From Girardia tigrina (lineage: Eukaryota), in the NCBI GenBank assembly GCA_001938485.1, contig MQRK01254417.1, forward strand, positions 54,283 to 118,282: a DNA stretch of 64,000 nucleotides. Direction: 5' to 3'. Within the stretch, counting starts at the first letter, position 1; each line of letters starts with the position of its first letter. Of the stretch, positions 37,806 to 48,675 are shown piece after piece. The notes under the pieces are model-generated. The model did not search any database and was not told where the DNA came from. It saw only the letters and a list, made by a program, of their open reading frames with translations. The position numbers were made by a program, and so were the translations under genes.

Positions 37806-38068
37806 CCCATCACCATTTTTTATTATACAGTCATTTAACTATCAAAAATGATTGTTAAATGTGTGTCATTAAACTCATAGATAGTTGGTAAGTGTCTGCT
37901 GATAGTTAGCAGCTCAGATCGTTCCATCAATGACAGAAAGCTCAGAAGTACCATAGTATGAGAAACACCCCCAAACCATAACACGCTTGAGGAATGGGAT
38001 GGTCTCATGAAATGGGGACGAGGAGGCGTTACGTCAAAAGCTGATTCATCCGAGAGACAGAAAATATA

Positions 38069-38663
38069 TTGGGTTGAGGAATAAATTTCCTCCGTTTTTT
38101 GAAAAATTAAAATTTTATTTTTTAACAAAAAAGTTACTACAAATTAATCACAAATATAATCTCCGCCATTGTTCACGACTTCTTCCCAACGTTCAATGAG
38201 TTTTTCAATGCCTCTTTGGTAGAAATCGCCCGGTCTTGACTTGAAGAATTCAGCCAACCAACCGAATTCATTTGGTCATCCTGAACGAGGTACATCTTTG
38301 AGGTCAAAATTGCCAATTTTAAATTTTGCGAACCAATCACGAGCGGTTCTATCAGCTACAGCACCTTCTCCGTATTCAGCACAAAGCTCTCTGGCAGCGT
38401 CTGCGGCTTTGGCGCCTCTATTATACGCAAACAATAGATGGTGTCGGAAATGCTCATTTTTGTCGACTTGACACTCCATTTCAATGGTCTAAAAATCGAA
38501 AAAAATTAATCTGAATATAAAAACAAAATACACCATTTTTTAGAGCAAAACAATAGCTTTCAAATAACATATAACATTACATCAAAAAATTTTATTTAAA
38601 TATTAAAATGCTTAAAATTGATTAAAAATTCAAAAAATGGCGGGAATTTATTCCTCAACCTAA
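38069..38663 (-). mobile_element. Internally deleted mariner (mellifera-like)
   Basis: TIR TTGGGTTGAGGAATAAATT / AATTTATTCCTCAACCTAA, TA TSDs; MECQVDKNEHFRHHLLF...PRSG fused to FYQRGIEKLIERWEEVVNNGGDYI. Confidence 0.9.
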
Positions 38664-39166
38664 TATGTTGGGAATTTGAGACTCATTTGGCCGGCACTCA
38701 AAGATGGGGATTTGTTGGGTCGATATGTTATACGCCCTTGTTGAATCAGAGCACGCTTGGTCGAGTTGAGGCTCACAGTTGATACTAGAGCTCCTACAGC
38801 TTCTTGGATCTGCCTTGCTGTTGACGACGGATGACGCAATCTCTCTCTAGCTAGTAGCCTTTCTTTTCTTGCTGAGAGAACTCGCTCTATGCCACAACAA
38901 TGACATCTGGAAGAACGAGACCCGGTTTTCTTAAAATTTTGAATGATTTTGTCAACTGTTGACTTTCCTATTTCAACGTCCTCAGCTATCGCTCGTTGCG
39001 TCATCTTTAAAAGCTTGTCAATAACAAGGTTACGAATTGCTAATGGCGTATCCATTCAAAAGGATGCACAAATTACCTACAATAAACAAAAAAATAAAGA
39101 AATGAAATACCGTTTATTAGTTTAATTTAATATAATACATTAAAATCCATTAATTCAGTAAAAATC

Positions 39167-39169
<3 letters not shown>

Positions 39170-39216
<47 letters not shown>

Positions 39217-39266
39217 NNNNNNNNNNNNNNNNNNNNNNNNNNNNNNNNNNNNNNNNNNNNNNNNNN

Positions 39267-39304
<38 letters not shown>
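39170..39304. repeat. (TA)n microsatellite with gap
   Basis: Direct reading. Confidence 0.9.
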
Positions 39305-39306
<2 letters not shown>

Positions 39307-40438
39307 ATTGATTTATAACTTTAATTAGACTTGGTAAATGGAAATGTAAAAATAAGACTAAATTTGAAACTCCTGTCAGTCATATTTGTGGAGATTTTTC
39401 TGAAAAAGTGAAAAAAACTGCTTGCCCACGTTTCATTGAACGATATTGTAATCAATGATCACAGGAATAGACCCCTTTCAGAAAATGCTTCAAGTCTAAT
39501 TTTTTGAAGTACAATATTGATTTAATAAAAAAAATTAATAAAATATTTAAAATAATTATTAGTAGTTATTTATTATTTGCAATTCATTTTTCTTATGGGT
39601 ATAATTTCCAGCTTTTCTTAAAAATTTTCTTTAATTTAGCATAAGTAGCTACTTACTTAAACTCGTCCAAAACAGGTTCCGGCCGGATTTCAAAAAATCA
39701 AATCCGATACATCCCTAGTTATAAATATTATATAATTTGGTTGTTTTTCTAATGGAAATAAAATAATATAATGAAAACAATAGTTAAGAATAATAAAATT
39801 GAAATAGTTAAATAAAATATACTTGATATTATCACGACTGATTAAAATACAGCAAGTTTTAATTTACTTAGAAATTTTATCAATATTGTATGAATAAAAA
39901 AGATTGTTGTTGTAATAAATAGTAAACCGATCGGCAAGACTCGAGCTAATAGTATTACTGTTACTATTATTGTTATGATTACTATTATTCATTACTGAAC
40001 AATGATAACCGCGCAACAACCGAGCAAATAAACGATGTATTCCAATGCGCACACTTGTTGACACACACGCTCGTCGCATATAAAACACTCATTTTTATTC
40101 TTTATCTCTCAAATCGCACCAGACGTATTCAACTTTTATCACTATTAAATAGTATCATTTTTTTACTATTGTTTTAACTTTTGGATTTATTTTTATACTT
40201 GAATAAGTGAGCTCTCTTATTTTTATTTATTGTATTATACTTTTATTGCAATATGGTTATAAATTTATGCATCTATTAGCATATTTAAGAATTAAGAAGA
40301 TTGTGATAAAATTATGTGTCGTTTTATAAACAGTTGTATGGGGGTTTTAGAACTAAAATAATGTTACTTCGTTGAACTAATTCGCCTCATTTGGTGAGTC
40401 TGTCTCGCCGTATGTATTTTATGCAAGTCATTTCAATA

Positions 40439-40487
<49 letters not shown>

Positions 40488-40491
<4 letters not shown>

Positions 40492-40740
40492 AATTCACTG
40501 CATGTGTCGTTCTTATCAGAACATTATCAGGTGTATCGTCCATTGATAGATCAGATTTATAAAATTACTTAATTTAACAAAAAATTTGTATCAATCACAT
40601 AATATTTGTCAAAATTTTGATTTGATAGAAATAACTCAAAACACTAAAAGAATTTGTTTTAAAAATATACCTGATGATGTTTTGATATGAACGGGACATG
40701 TTGTAAATTGTGAAATAATAAATTGTTACTTAAAAGATAA

Positions 40741-40744
<4 letters not shown>
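40488..40744. mobile_element. Coding-free mini-element with two inverted degenerate hammerhead motifs, embedded in (TA)n
   Basis: Minus 40497-40536 ATACAC-CTGATAA-T-GTTCtgataaGAAC-GACACATG vs plus 40665-40704 ATATAC-CTGATGA-T-GTTTtgatatGAAC-GGGACATG, with homologous tails. Confidence 0.55.
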
Positions 40745-40797
<53 letters not shown>

Positions 40798-40857
40798 TTA
40801 TATATATNNNNNNNNNNNNNNNNNNNNNNNNNNNNNNNNNNNNNNNNNNNNNNNNNN

Positions 40858-40913
<56 letters not shown>

Positions 40914-40931
40914 TTATATATATATATATAT
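40745..40931. repeat. (TA)n microsatellite with gap
   Basis: Direct reading. Confidence 0.9.
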
Positions 40932-41357
40932 TTGTTAAGATTTTGTCTTTGTTAAGATTTTGTACAAATTTAAATAGCATTGAAGATGCACAAAATGTTA
41001 ATTAAATACGAGACCAAATGGTCAATTTAAATAATAGTTTATTGTCGTTAAAGTTTTGTCTGTAAAATTAATTATAGGATTAATTAATACATTTTATATT
41101 TTATTCATTTGTTTTATTTTATAAACTGTGAAGATTGATCAAACTTATTATTTTCCTTTTTTAAATTTATTTTACGCAAGATATTATATTACCTTTCCTA
41201 GATTTTCAAATTTATATGAATCTTTTCCTTCTATTTAAAAAATGACGTTTTAATTATTTCTTAATTAATAGTTTTGGTGTTGGTTTTATCATTAGAGCTG
41301 TTTCCATTATTATTATAATATGAAAAAGCAATAATTCCGTTTAAATTATATTTTCAG

Positions 41358-41485
41358 GACATTGTTGAATGGTAAATACTTAAGAGACAAAACCAAAATA
41401 AATAACAAAGATCGAATTTTATGGGGAATGAACCATTTTTTTCGATTGAATTGTCCTAAAAAAATGAATGCACCAGAAAATGATG
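41358..41485 (+). CDS. KIF13: KIF13 exon, FHA domain second half (TLLNGKYLRDKTKINNKDRILWGMNHFFRLNCP)
   Basis: ttttcag acceptor, GTAAAT donor, phase matches the exon ending at 19793. Confidence 0.93.
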
Positions 41486-41533
41486 GTAAATCTTGATTAC
41501 TGTAGTGATAACATCCTTTGAGTTTGTTTTTAG

Positions 41534-41631
41534 TAAACGCCCCACGAGAAGATTTCTCACAGTCTGAGGAATTTCAAAAGGCTCAAGAAGAAGTAATGAT
41601 GGCAGAATTACAAAATGATCCCATTCAACAG
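41534..41631 (+). CDS. KIF13: KIF13 exon (NAPREDFSQSEEFQKAQEEVMMAELQNDPIQQ)
   Basis: ttttag and GTAATG splice sites, frame consistent. Confidence 0.88.
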
Positions 41632-41679
41632 GTAATGCATTTAATAAACAAATTTTTATATTCACCTTAACTTATTAAG

Positions 41680-41947
41680 GCAATAAGTGATTTAGAAAAG
41701 CATCATATTGCTGAAAAAGAAGAAGCTTTGACCAGGCAAAGACTTGAGTACGAAAAGCAACTTGATGCACTTAAGGAACAACTTGTTCCATCTAATAATG
41801 ATATTGATAAATCTGAGGAATCTTTTCGAGCGATGTCTCCAATTTCTAATTTGATGTCGATGTCTCAGTACAGTGGAAGTATGATGAATCTTCCACCGGC
41901 ACCCGGAAGTTATGCCGCTGCCGCCGCTGCTATGGTGTCAAATCAAG
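41680..41947 (+). CDS. KIF13: KIF13 exon, CC2 plus low-complexity insert (AISDLEKHHIAEKEEALTRQRLEYEKQL...)
   Basis: aag acceptor, GTTAAT donor, ALTRQRLEYE is typical of KIF13 CC2. Confidence 0.88.
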
Positions 41948-42598
41948 GTTAATAAAATATTTTCTTAAATGCTTTTTGCTTTTAAAACATATTCTTATTA
42001 TAAATATTTCGAAATGCATATCCATAATAAATTAGTAAGATCAAATATGTATTAAAAACAATTAATAAGCGAAATAACTCTGTTAAAACGAAGATCAATA
42101 CATTTTTGAATCACAAATAACTAAGGGTAATACATAATTAGAAAAAGTATTTTACTAAAGATAAAATCAAGTAGTGGACCGATTTTGTTGATAGCTGTTT
42201 TCTAATCAGCTAGGTTATGGAACCAAATAGTTCGAGTAATAATAATGTAATATGATTCATATTATAAGATGAAAAAATAAAAAAATATATCTATAAAAAA
42301 AACTTACTATTCAAAAGTGAGTATATTTACATTGTAGACGGACTCAAAACATTTTAGAACAACAGTATTATAGAGAAAGAGTAAAAATAAACATACACAA
42401 AAACCAAATACATTAACAAATTAAGACATAACCGCTAACATACCAATTTTACTTTTCAAAAGGACATTTAACGTTTCAATAGGGTACATTAGAACTTAAA
42501 ATTGAAAAAAATAATAAAGAAGAATTAAAAAAAAGAATGCTCAGCATTCAGGCATGATTAGCGAATCGCATGATACCCTAAAATGACACCCTATGTTA

Positions 42599-43905
42599 CG
42601 TGGTGCGATTGTAAGTCCTTAGACTCGTTGATAAATAAGCTTATGACGTATATGCCGTTGATACTATAAATAGATGAACTATCATTGGTTACAGATATGA
42701 CTCACCATACCCAACCTGTGTGTGTGAGTGCGTACAGCCATTATTTCACTTTTTACTGTAGACATGGACAGTAACGTCGAATATCGCAGCGTGATAAAAT
42801 TTCTGCTCCTGCGCAATACTAAAAGCTGCGATATTTTGCAGCAGTTGCAGGAAGCTTACGGTGACCAGTGCCCATCACGTGCAACAGTGTATAATTGGAT
42901 CAGAGACTTTAAGCATGGCCGATAATCTGTTTAATAATAATAATAGATAATCTGAGAGATCAGGACGACCGTGTGAAATTTTACCCGGGAAAAGTGATTT
43001 GTGCATGAAGATCGTGTCGGAAGAGAGACGAATAAGCATCCGTGCACTTGCACAGCGTCTATTCTTCAGCTACCATTCTACATATGATATTCTGCAATCA
43101 TTTGGAGTTCGCAAACGGTGTTCATGTGTTGTTCCCCGATTCCTATACGGTGAAATGTGCGACAAACGTTTTGCAGTGTTGTACTGCCAATTTGGAGTTA
43201 CTTCGCACTCATGGTGATCGCTTCATCAACAACATCGTTACACAAGATAAAACCCCGGTCAGCTTGTTTGTGCCTGAGTGCAAGCGTCAATTTTCTGAGT
43301 GGTGCTTCCCCTGTGAAAGTGCTCCCCGAAAACTTCGAAGTGGCACCTCGCACAAGCGAGCAGCAATGCTGACTGTGTTCTGGGATTCCCATGACATTAT
43401 TAAAATTGATTTCCTTGAAAAAGGATTGACAATGAATAGTGAGTATTATGTTGAATTACTTCGCGATGTGAGAAAGTCTCGTAGGAAGCCAAGAGGGATC
43501 CCATTGTGGCTCCTTCAAGACAATGCACCCATTCACACTTCGCGAGCAACTTTGACTGCAACGATGACTGTGGCTTTCAGTTGGTTTCCCACCCCCTTAT
43601 AGCCTTGACTTAGCCTCAAATGATTTTGCGTTGTTTAAACACCGAAAGAAATATTTGAAAAGTGTCCACTTTCATTCAGTTGATGTCCTCAATGAGAAAG
43701 TCCTTGATATTCTCAATTCTTTGCCTCCCAATTTTTACAAAAATGCGTTCTCTGAGCTTGTTGCTCGCTGGCGCAAGTGTGTTGATGTACACGGCTCATA
43801 CATTGAGAAATGATTTACTTTGATATCATGTACTGATTCTGAAAAAATAAAGTTGATTGGACTTTGCTTTCTTGTCGAGTCTAAGGACTTATGGATCGCA
43901 CCAGG
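42599..43905 (+). mobile_element. Full-length inactive mariner (irritans-like)
   Basis: TIR CGTGGTGCGAT..TAAGTCCTTAGACTCG at both ends, TA TSDs; MDSNVEYRSVIKFL, AMLTVFWD, LLQDNAPIH, PYSLDLASNDF; frameshifts and stops. Confidence 0.92.
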
Positions 43906-44355
43906 TACTCAGTTTAGTAACATCCAATATATCAAGTGTTGATTAATCCAATCATATTAAACTATTAACTCAAAAAAAATTTTGTATTATCCATTCTTTA
44001 TGCGGCCAGAACTCAATTTGGCCAATAAAATTATTTTGTTATCTTTTATAGAATAGAAAAATTACTATTACGTTTTTTAAATGTGCAAAGTTTGGAAAAA
44101 ATTGATTGAGTAAAAAGTTTTCAAAAATAGGTTTTTAAATTCCATGGATACATGTATATTGGATACATACATATTTAGAAAGTAAGCTAATAAAGACTGG
44201 AAAAAATGACATTCAAGGAGATTAATTGTAGTTTGTGATAATTGTAAATAATAAATTTGGGTAAATTTCATTTTTGAAGATTTTTTTCTATTTATTTCTC
44301 GAAAATGATATCTAAGAGAACTCCAGCTGGGGGTCTCATTTTAACTAATTTGAAT

Positions 44356-44439
44356 ACAATTTATAATTATTATTGAAATATTCATATTGTAAGGATCATT
44401 CCTTACAATATGAATATTTCAATAATAATTATAAATTGT
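44356..44439. repeat. Perfect hairpin with 40-bp arms and a 4-nt loop
   Basis: 44356-44395 is the reverse complement of 44400-44439. Confidence 0.92.
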
Positions 44440-44684
44440 CTTGAAGGAGCCACAATGGGATCCCTCTTGGCTTCCTACGAGACTTTCTCACATCGCGAAG
44501 TAATTCAACATAATACTCACTATTCATTGTCAATCCTTTTTCAAGGAAATCAATTTTAATAATGTCATGGGAATCCCAGAACACAGTCAGCATTGTTGCT
44601 CGCTTGTGCGAGGTGCCACTTCGAAGTTTTCGGGGAGCACTTTCACAGGGGAAGCACCACTCAGAAAATTGACGCTTGCACTCA
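44435..44684 (-). repeat. Inverted 250-bp duplicate of mariner interior 43275-43524
   Basis: Reverse-complement match with one mismatch that I could see. Confidence 0.9.
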
Positions 44685-44868
44685 TTTTAAATAAGAAATT
44701 ATTTAAAATCAATTCATTAATTTACTTTACTAAACTTATTATTACACCTAAATTTAAAGTTTTCATGAAAATTATGTTTGAATAATTGATTTGTCACATA
44801 TTTAATTTAAATATAAAATTGATCATTATAAGATTATTTTTGTCCTTAAAAAAACGATTGATAGAGAG

Positions 44869-45080
44869 ATGATTGAATTTATTGACGAAGATAAAAAGCT
44901 GAAAGCAATCTATCAAGGCTACGTTTATTGGAAAGTCAAATCATTTGGTGAAAAAGATTATTGGAAATGTATTATCCGTTATTGCAATTATCATCTTCAT
45001 TCAATAGGGGACACCTTATTTAAAATGCCATCTGAGCACTTGCATGGTCCTAATCAAGATGTAAATAAAAGGACGATGTA
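44869..45080 (+). mobile_element. FLYWCH zinc-finger fragment, probably from a MULE transposase
   Basis: IYQGYVY...YWKC....C.........H.H in ORF 44869..45117. Confidence 0.65.
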
Positions 45081-45389
45081 TCGTAATTTTACATTGCTTA
45101 CTTTTTTATTTAACTAGAAACAAATGGGAATTGCTAAGAAAAACTAGAAACTATGAAACTTCTTATCTCAAATAAAATATGCTATTGCGTTAAGATAATC
45201 GTGTTTGACATAATAACATCAAAATTATAGTAGTTCACTCGTTGTAAATGTCAAAAGTTCTTATTAAATGTAAATAGATGTCATAATGCTTTAGTTCTAA
45301 TCTAGACAAAACTATTTTTGTCGATAATTTATATTTGTTGAAATAATTCTATGTTCATAGAAAACTTTTTAATTCATCAATTATTGCAG

Positions 45390-45519
45390 TCAATGCGTCT
45401 GGTTTGTGGCCCTCTTCTGTTCCTATGCCAACATGGATGGGGAGTCAGGCCAATATCTTTGCTACTCCTAACAATCTTCAATTAGTTCAGGCTAAATATC
45501 AATCTTGGGTTGAACAAAG
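45390..45519 (+). CDS. KIF13: KIF13 exon (NASGLWPSSVPMPTW...AKYQSWVEQR)
   Basis: tgcag and GTTACT splice sites; phases 1 and 2 bridge the neighbouring exons exactly. Confidence 0.82.
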
Positions 45520-46558
45520 GTTACTTGTTATTATTTTTAATATTATTATTGTTATAATTTTTTATTATTGTTGTTGTTCTTTTTTTAAGTTTACATTACT
45601 TATAAGCAACTCGTATATTACCAACAATGGTATAATGGCAATAAATCTTTAAGAACGATCAAAATCATTACTTAATTCTAAATGATATGGCTGGATTAAT
45701 AAAATATTAATTAATATAAAAATTTACCTACAAAAATTATTTTTTAACAAACTCTGTTAAAATAATCACGTATCACCAACTACAGTAAAGTTTTTATGAT
45801 AGTTCTAAGCAGACAAATATTTCAATATCTTTTTCTGATAATAATTAATTTTTTTAAATAAAAGCCATTTCTCAATAGTAATATCAACATTGTGTCTATC
45901 AACAGCTTCATCCTCCAGTAACCAATTCTCTTTGCGAACAGGATATCCTTTCTTACCAGGTTCCCTTTCGTGAATACAATTTGCACTCATTACATGTATA
46001 TTATCAACATTAAAAAGCAGAAACATTCCAATATAAACTAGCGAATATCTCATCAGATTTGATGAAACATTATCCTTACATTTTTTATACCTCTAAAGAG
46101 AATATTTAAAAATTTTCTAATTATTCATTAAATCCTGCAACATATATGGAACGAAAATTTTCTAAGTTTGAACTGAATCATTTTTACAAGGAATATCAAT
46201 AGAGCACTTTCATTTAAGGCTGAAGTAGTCCTAAAGTTAGAGAGTTTAATTTAATTAATAATTATTATTTATTTACATATCATTTTGGAGATTGTATTGG
46301 GTAACACATTTTTAAAGTAATAAATTAGAAAGTGATTTAAGTAAACATAAGAGCGGAATGTGATGTGATATTTTATATAAACCATTTGTAAGAAAGTAAC
46401 TCCAAACACAAAAATGTTTGGACCAAACAATAATAAATGGAATAATGCTGATTTATCACATAAAAATGTTTTTCATCTAAAAAACGTACATATAAAATAA
46501 ACTTACTATTATTTTTTTAAAAATGTAATATTTGTTTATAAAAAAAATCATTTTGCAG

Positions 46559-46721
46559 AGAACATTCACTGGCTCAAGTTTTAAGCAAGTTAAGAGAACA
46601 GCTTTCTAAAGCTAATGCTTTAACTCGAGAAGCCAATTTTCTTGCAGATGAGATGGCCAAGTCTACGGAATATAGTGTTACTTTACAAATTCCAGCGGCA
46701 AGTTTAAATCCCAACGGCAAA
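46559..46721 (+). CDS. KIF13: KIF13 exon (EHSLAQVLSKLREQLSKANALTREANFLADEM...VTLQIPAASLNPNGK)
   Basis: Conserved ANxLxREANFLA and VTLQIPA motifs; canonical splice sites. Confidence 0.93.
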
Positions 46722-46772
46722 GTGAGAAATGAAATAATAAATAAACAATTTATGTAATAAATATCGTTTTAG

Positions 46773-46973
46773 AAAGGAGGAATCATTAGTGAACCTGCGA
46801 TTCTTGTGAAGCGGGACAACAAATCTAGTCAAATTTGGTCTCTTGAGAAATTGGAGAACAAAGTAGTTGAGATGAGGGATTTGTATGAAGAATGGAAGGA
46901 CACAAGTTATCCTACTAGAATGCCTTTAGAGAATCCTTTCAATCAAAGTGGAACTAGTTCATCAGATGAAGAT
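46773..46973 (+). CDS. KIF13: KIF13 exon (KGGIISEPAILVKR...QIWSLEKLENKVVEMRDLYEEWK...)
   Basis: WSLEKLENK motif; tttag and GTTAGC splice sites. Confidence 0.93.
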
Positions 46974-47829
46974 GTTAGCTTATTTTCATTGTTTTTTTTT
47001 TGTAAATTCAAATTTTTGTAATTTGAATCATCAGTGGTGCAAAATCGAAATTTGGATTATTCGAATCGAAATTTGTTTTTATATGGTGACTCTGTAAAAT
47101 ATCTCATCATTAACTACATGAAACGTTCTTAGTACACTCGAAGATAGTCTACGTCTTTCGTATATTCTCGATTGGGATCTAAGAATTTAAGCTCTTAAAG
47201 ATTTAGTTAATAATAAAGGCTTGTGAACAAGCTGAATTAAAATATTAAAAAGATCCAATGTAATTTATTTAAAGAACTTTGAACAAAATGATTTCTGCAG
47301 CTTCATTCCTGAACTCTTAGAATTCCTTGATTAATCACTGCCCAGCAGCAGACTATCGCATTACTTGTCAATTTATATTATAATTAATGAGAATAAAATT
47401 ATTAGAACAATTTTAAAGCGATAAAAAGCACTCCCACTCATCCTCGGCTGATTCATGGCTTGTTCTATGTGGTTAACGAATGGGATTCGCTTTATAAATA
47501 AACACGGTGTCTGATTTCTTTCGCTCCACTTTCAAATATGAATTTAAGCTGGGAAAATAATATCACACACATAATATAATATTATTTAATATCGTGTAAA
47601 AAATTATGCAACTTTATATAAAATATTAAATAGAAATTATTTACTATTGTGTGAAGTAAAGAATAAATAGAAGAACAAATAGAAGAACAATCTAAAAGTA
47701 AATACAGTTGAAGATATTTGAAGTTGTTCTAAGGCATCGCCATCATGGAAAAGAAAAGGGCGATTAAAATTGTAAAAAAAGAACGAATCTCTGGATTGTG
47801 TGAGTCTTATGAACGCAAGTTTAATATTT

Positions 47830-48499
47830 TGAAAATATAATTTGATTAAACCGTTTTTTTATATAATTATTGGACATGTTTCGATGTTTACATACATCAT
47901 CATCAGCAATTTTCGGATGTTTAGTAAATGAATATTGAATTGTTTGAATAATACAATTTTAATAGATACATTTACTTTAAAAGGTAACCAAAAAATTAAT
48001 TATTATTATTTATCAAAGTATTATTGGGTAATAATGGCAAAAATTATTTTAATTAAAAATTTTAAGTATTGAAATAACCTTACTTTGCCCATTCTGAATG
48101 TTAATTGATGGGTTGTAGTGTCTTATTAGTAGAGATTNNNNNNNNNNNNNNNNNNNNNNNNNNNNNNNNNNNNNNNNNNNNNNNNNNTTGCCCATTCTGA
48201 ATGTTAATTGATGGGTTGTAGTGTCTTATTAGTAGAGATTCACAAAACTGTCGTTCGTAATGTGAATCAAAACCCTTTTGTAGAACAGAAAAAAAAGATG
48301 AGTTTTCTGTTCTACAAAAGGGTTTTGATTCACATTACGAACGACAGTTTTGTGAATCTCTCCTAATAAGACACTAAAACCCATCAATTAACATTCAGAA
48401 TGGGCAAAGTAAGGTTATTTCAATACTTAAAATTTTTAATTAAAATATTCTTTTTGCCATTATTTCTCAATAATACTTTGATAAATAATAATAATTAAT
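47830..48499. mobile_element. Fold-back remnant of a Penelope-like element (head-to-head inverted 3' ends)
   Basis: 47995-48292 and 48303-48499 are inverted copies (about 200 bp net of the gap, a few mismatches); encodes GIY-YIG tail FSVLQKGFDSHYERQFCESLLIRH*NPSINIQ; homologous to 310-490. Confidence 0.82.
47869..47910 (-). ncRNA. Minimal type I hammerhead ribozyme, core apparently intact
   Basis: AUUG-CUGAUGA-U-GAUGUauguaaACAUC-GAA-ACAUGU-C-CAAU: stem I AUUG/CAAU, stem II 5 bp, palindromic stem III, GUC site. Confidence 0.85.
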
Positions 48500-48675
48500 G
48501 ATATATATTCAGTGGAATTCATATAATTGCTGCATCTAACCAAAACGTGAGAACCATCCGATTTATCATTATATCATTTATATTATATATTATATTTATA
48601 TATAATATAAATGATATATATATATATATATTATATTTAATATATTTATTATATATAATTAATTATATATTATAT

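Larger units (their letters stand above)
37860..39448 (-). mobile_element. Tc1-like remnant interrupted by a mariner and a (TA)n tract
   Basis: ORF 38660..39055 paired-like HTH (TQRAIAEDVEIGKSTVDKII) continues past the mariner into LSDESAF; TIR-like end at 39420-39448 followed by TA. Confidence 0.72.

Noticed and set aside
48088-48240. 50-bp direct repeat flanking the small gap
   Set aside because: This is a typical unmerged contig overlap, not a biological duplication.
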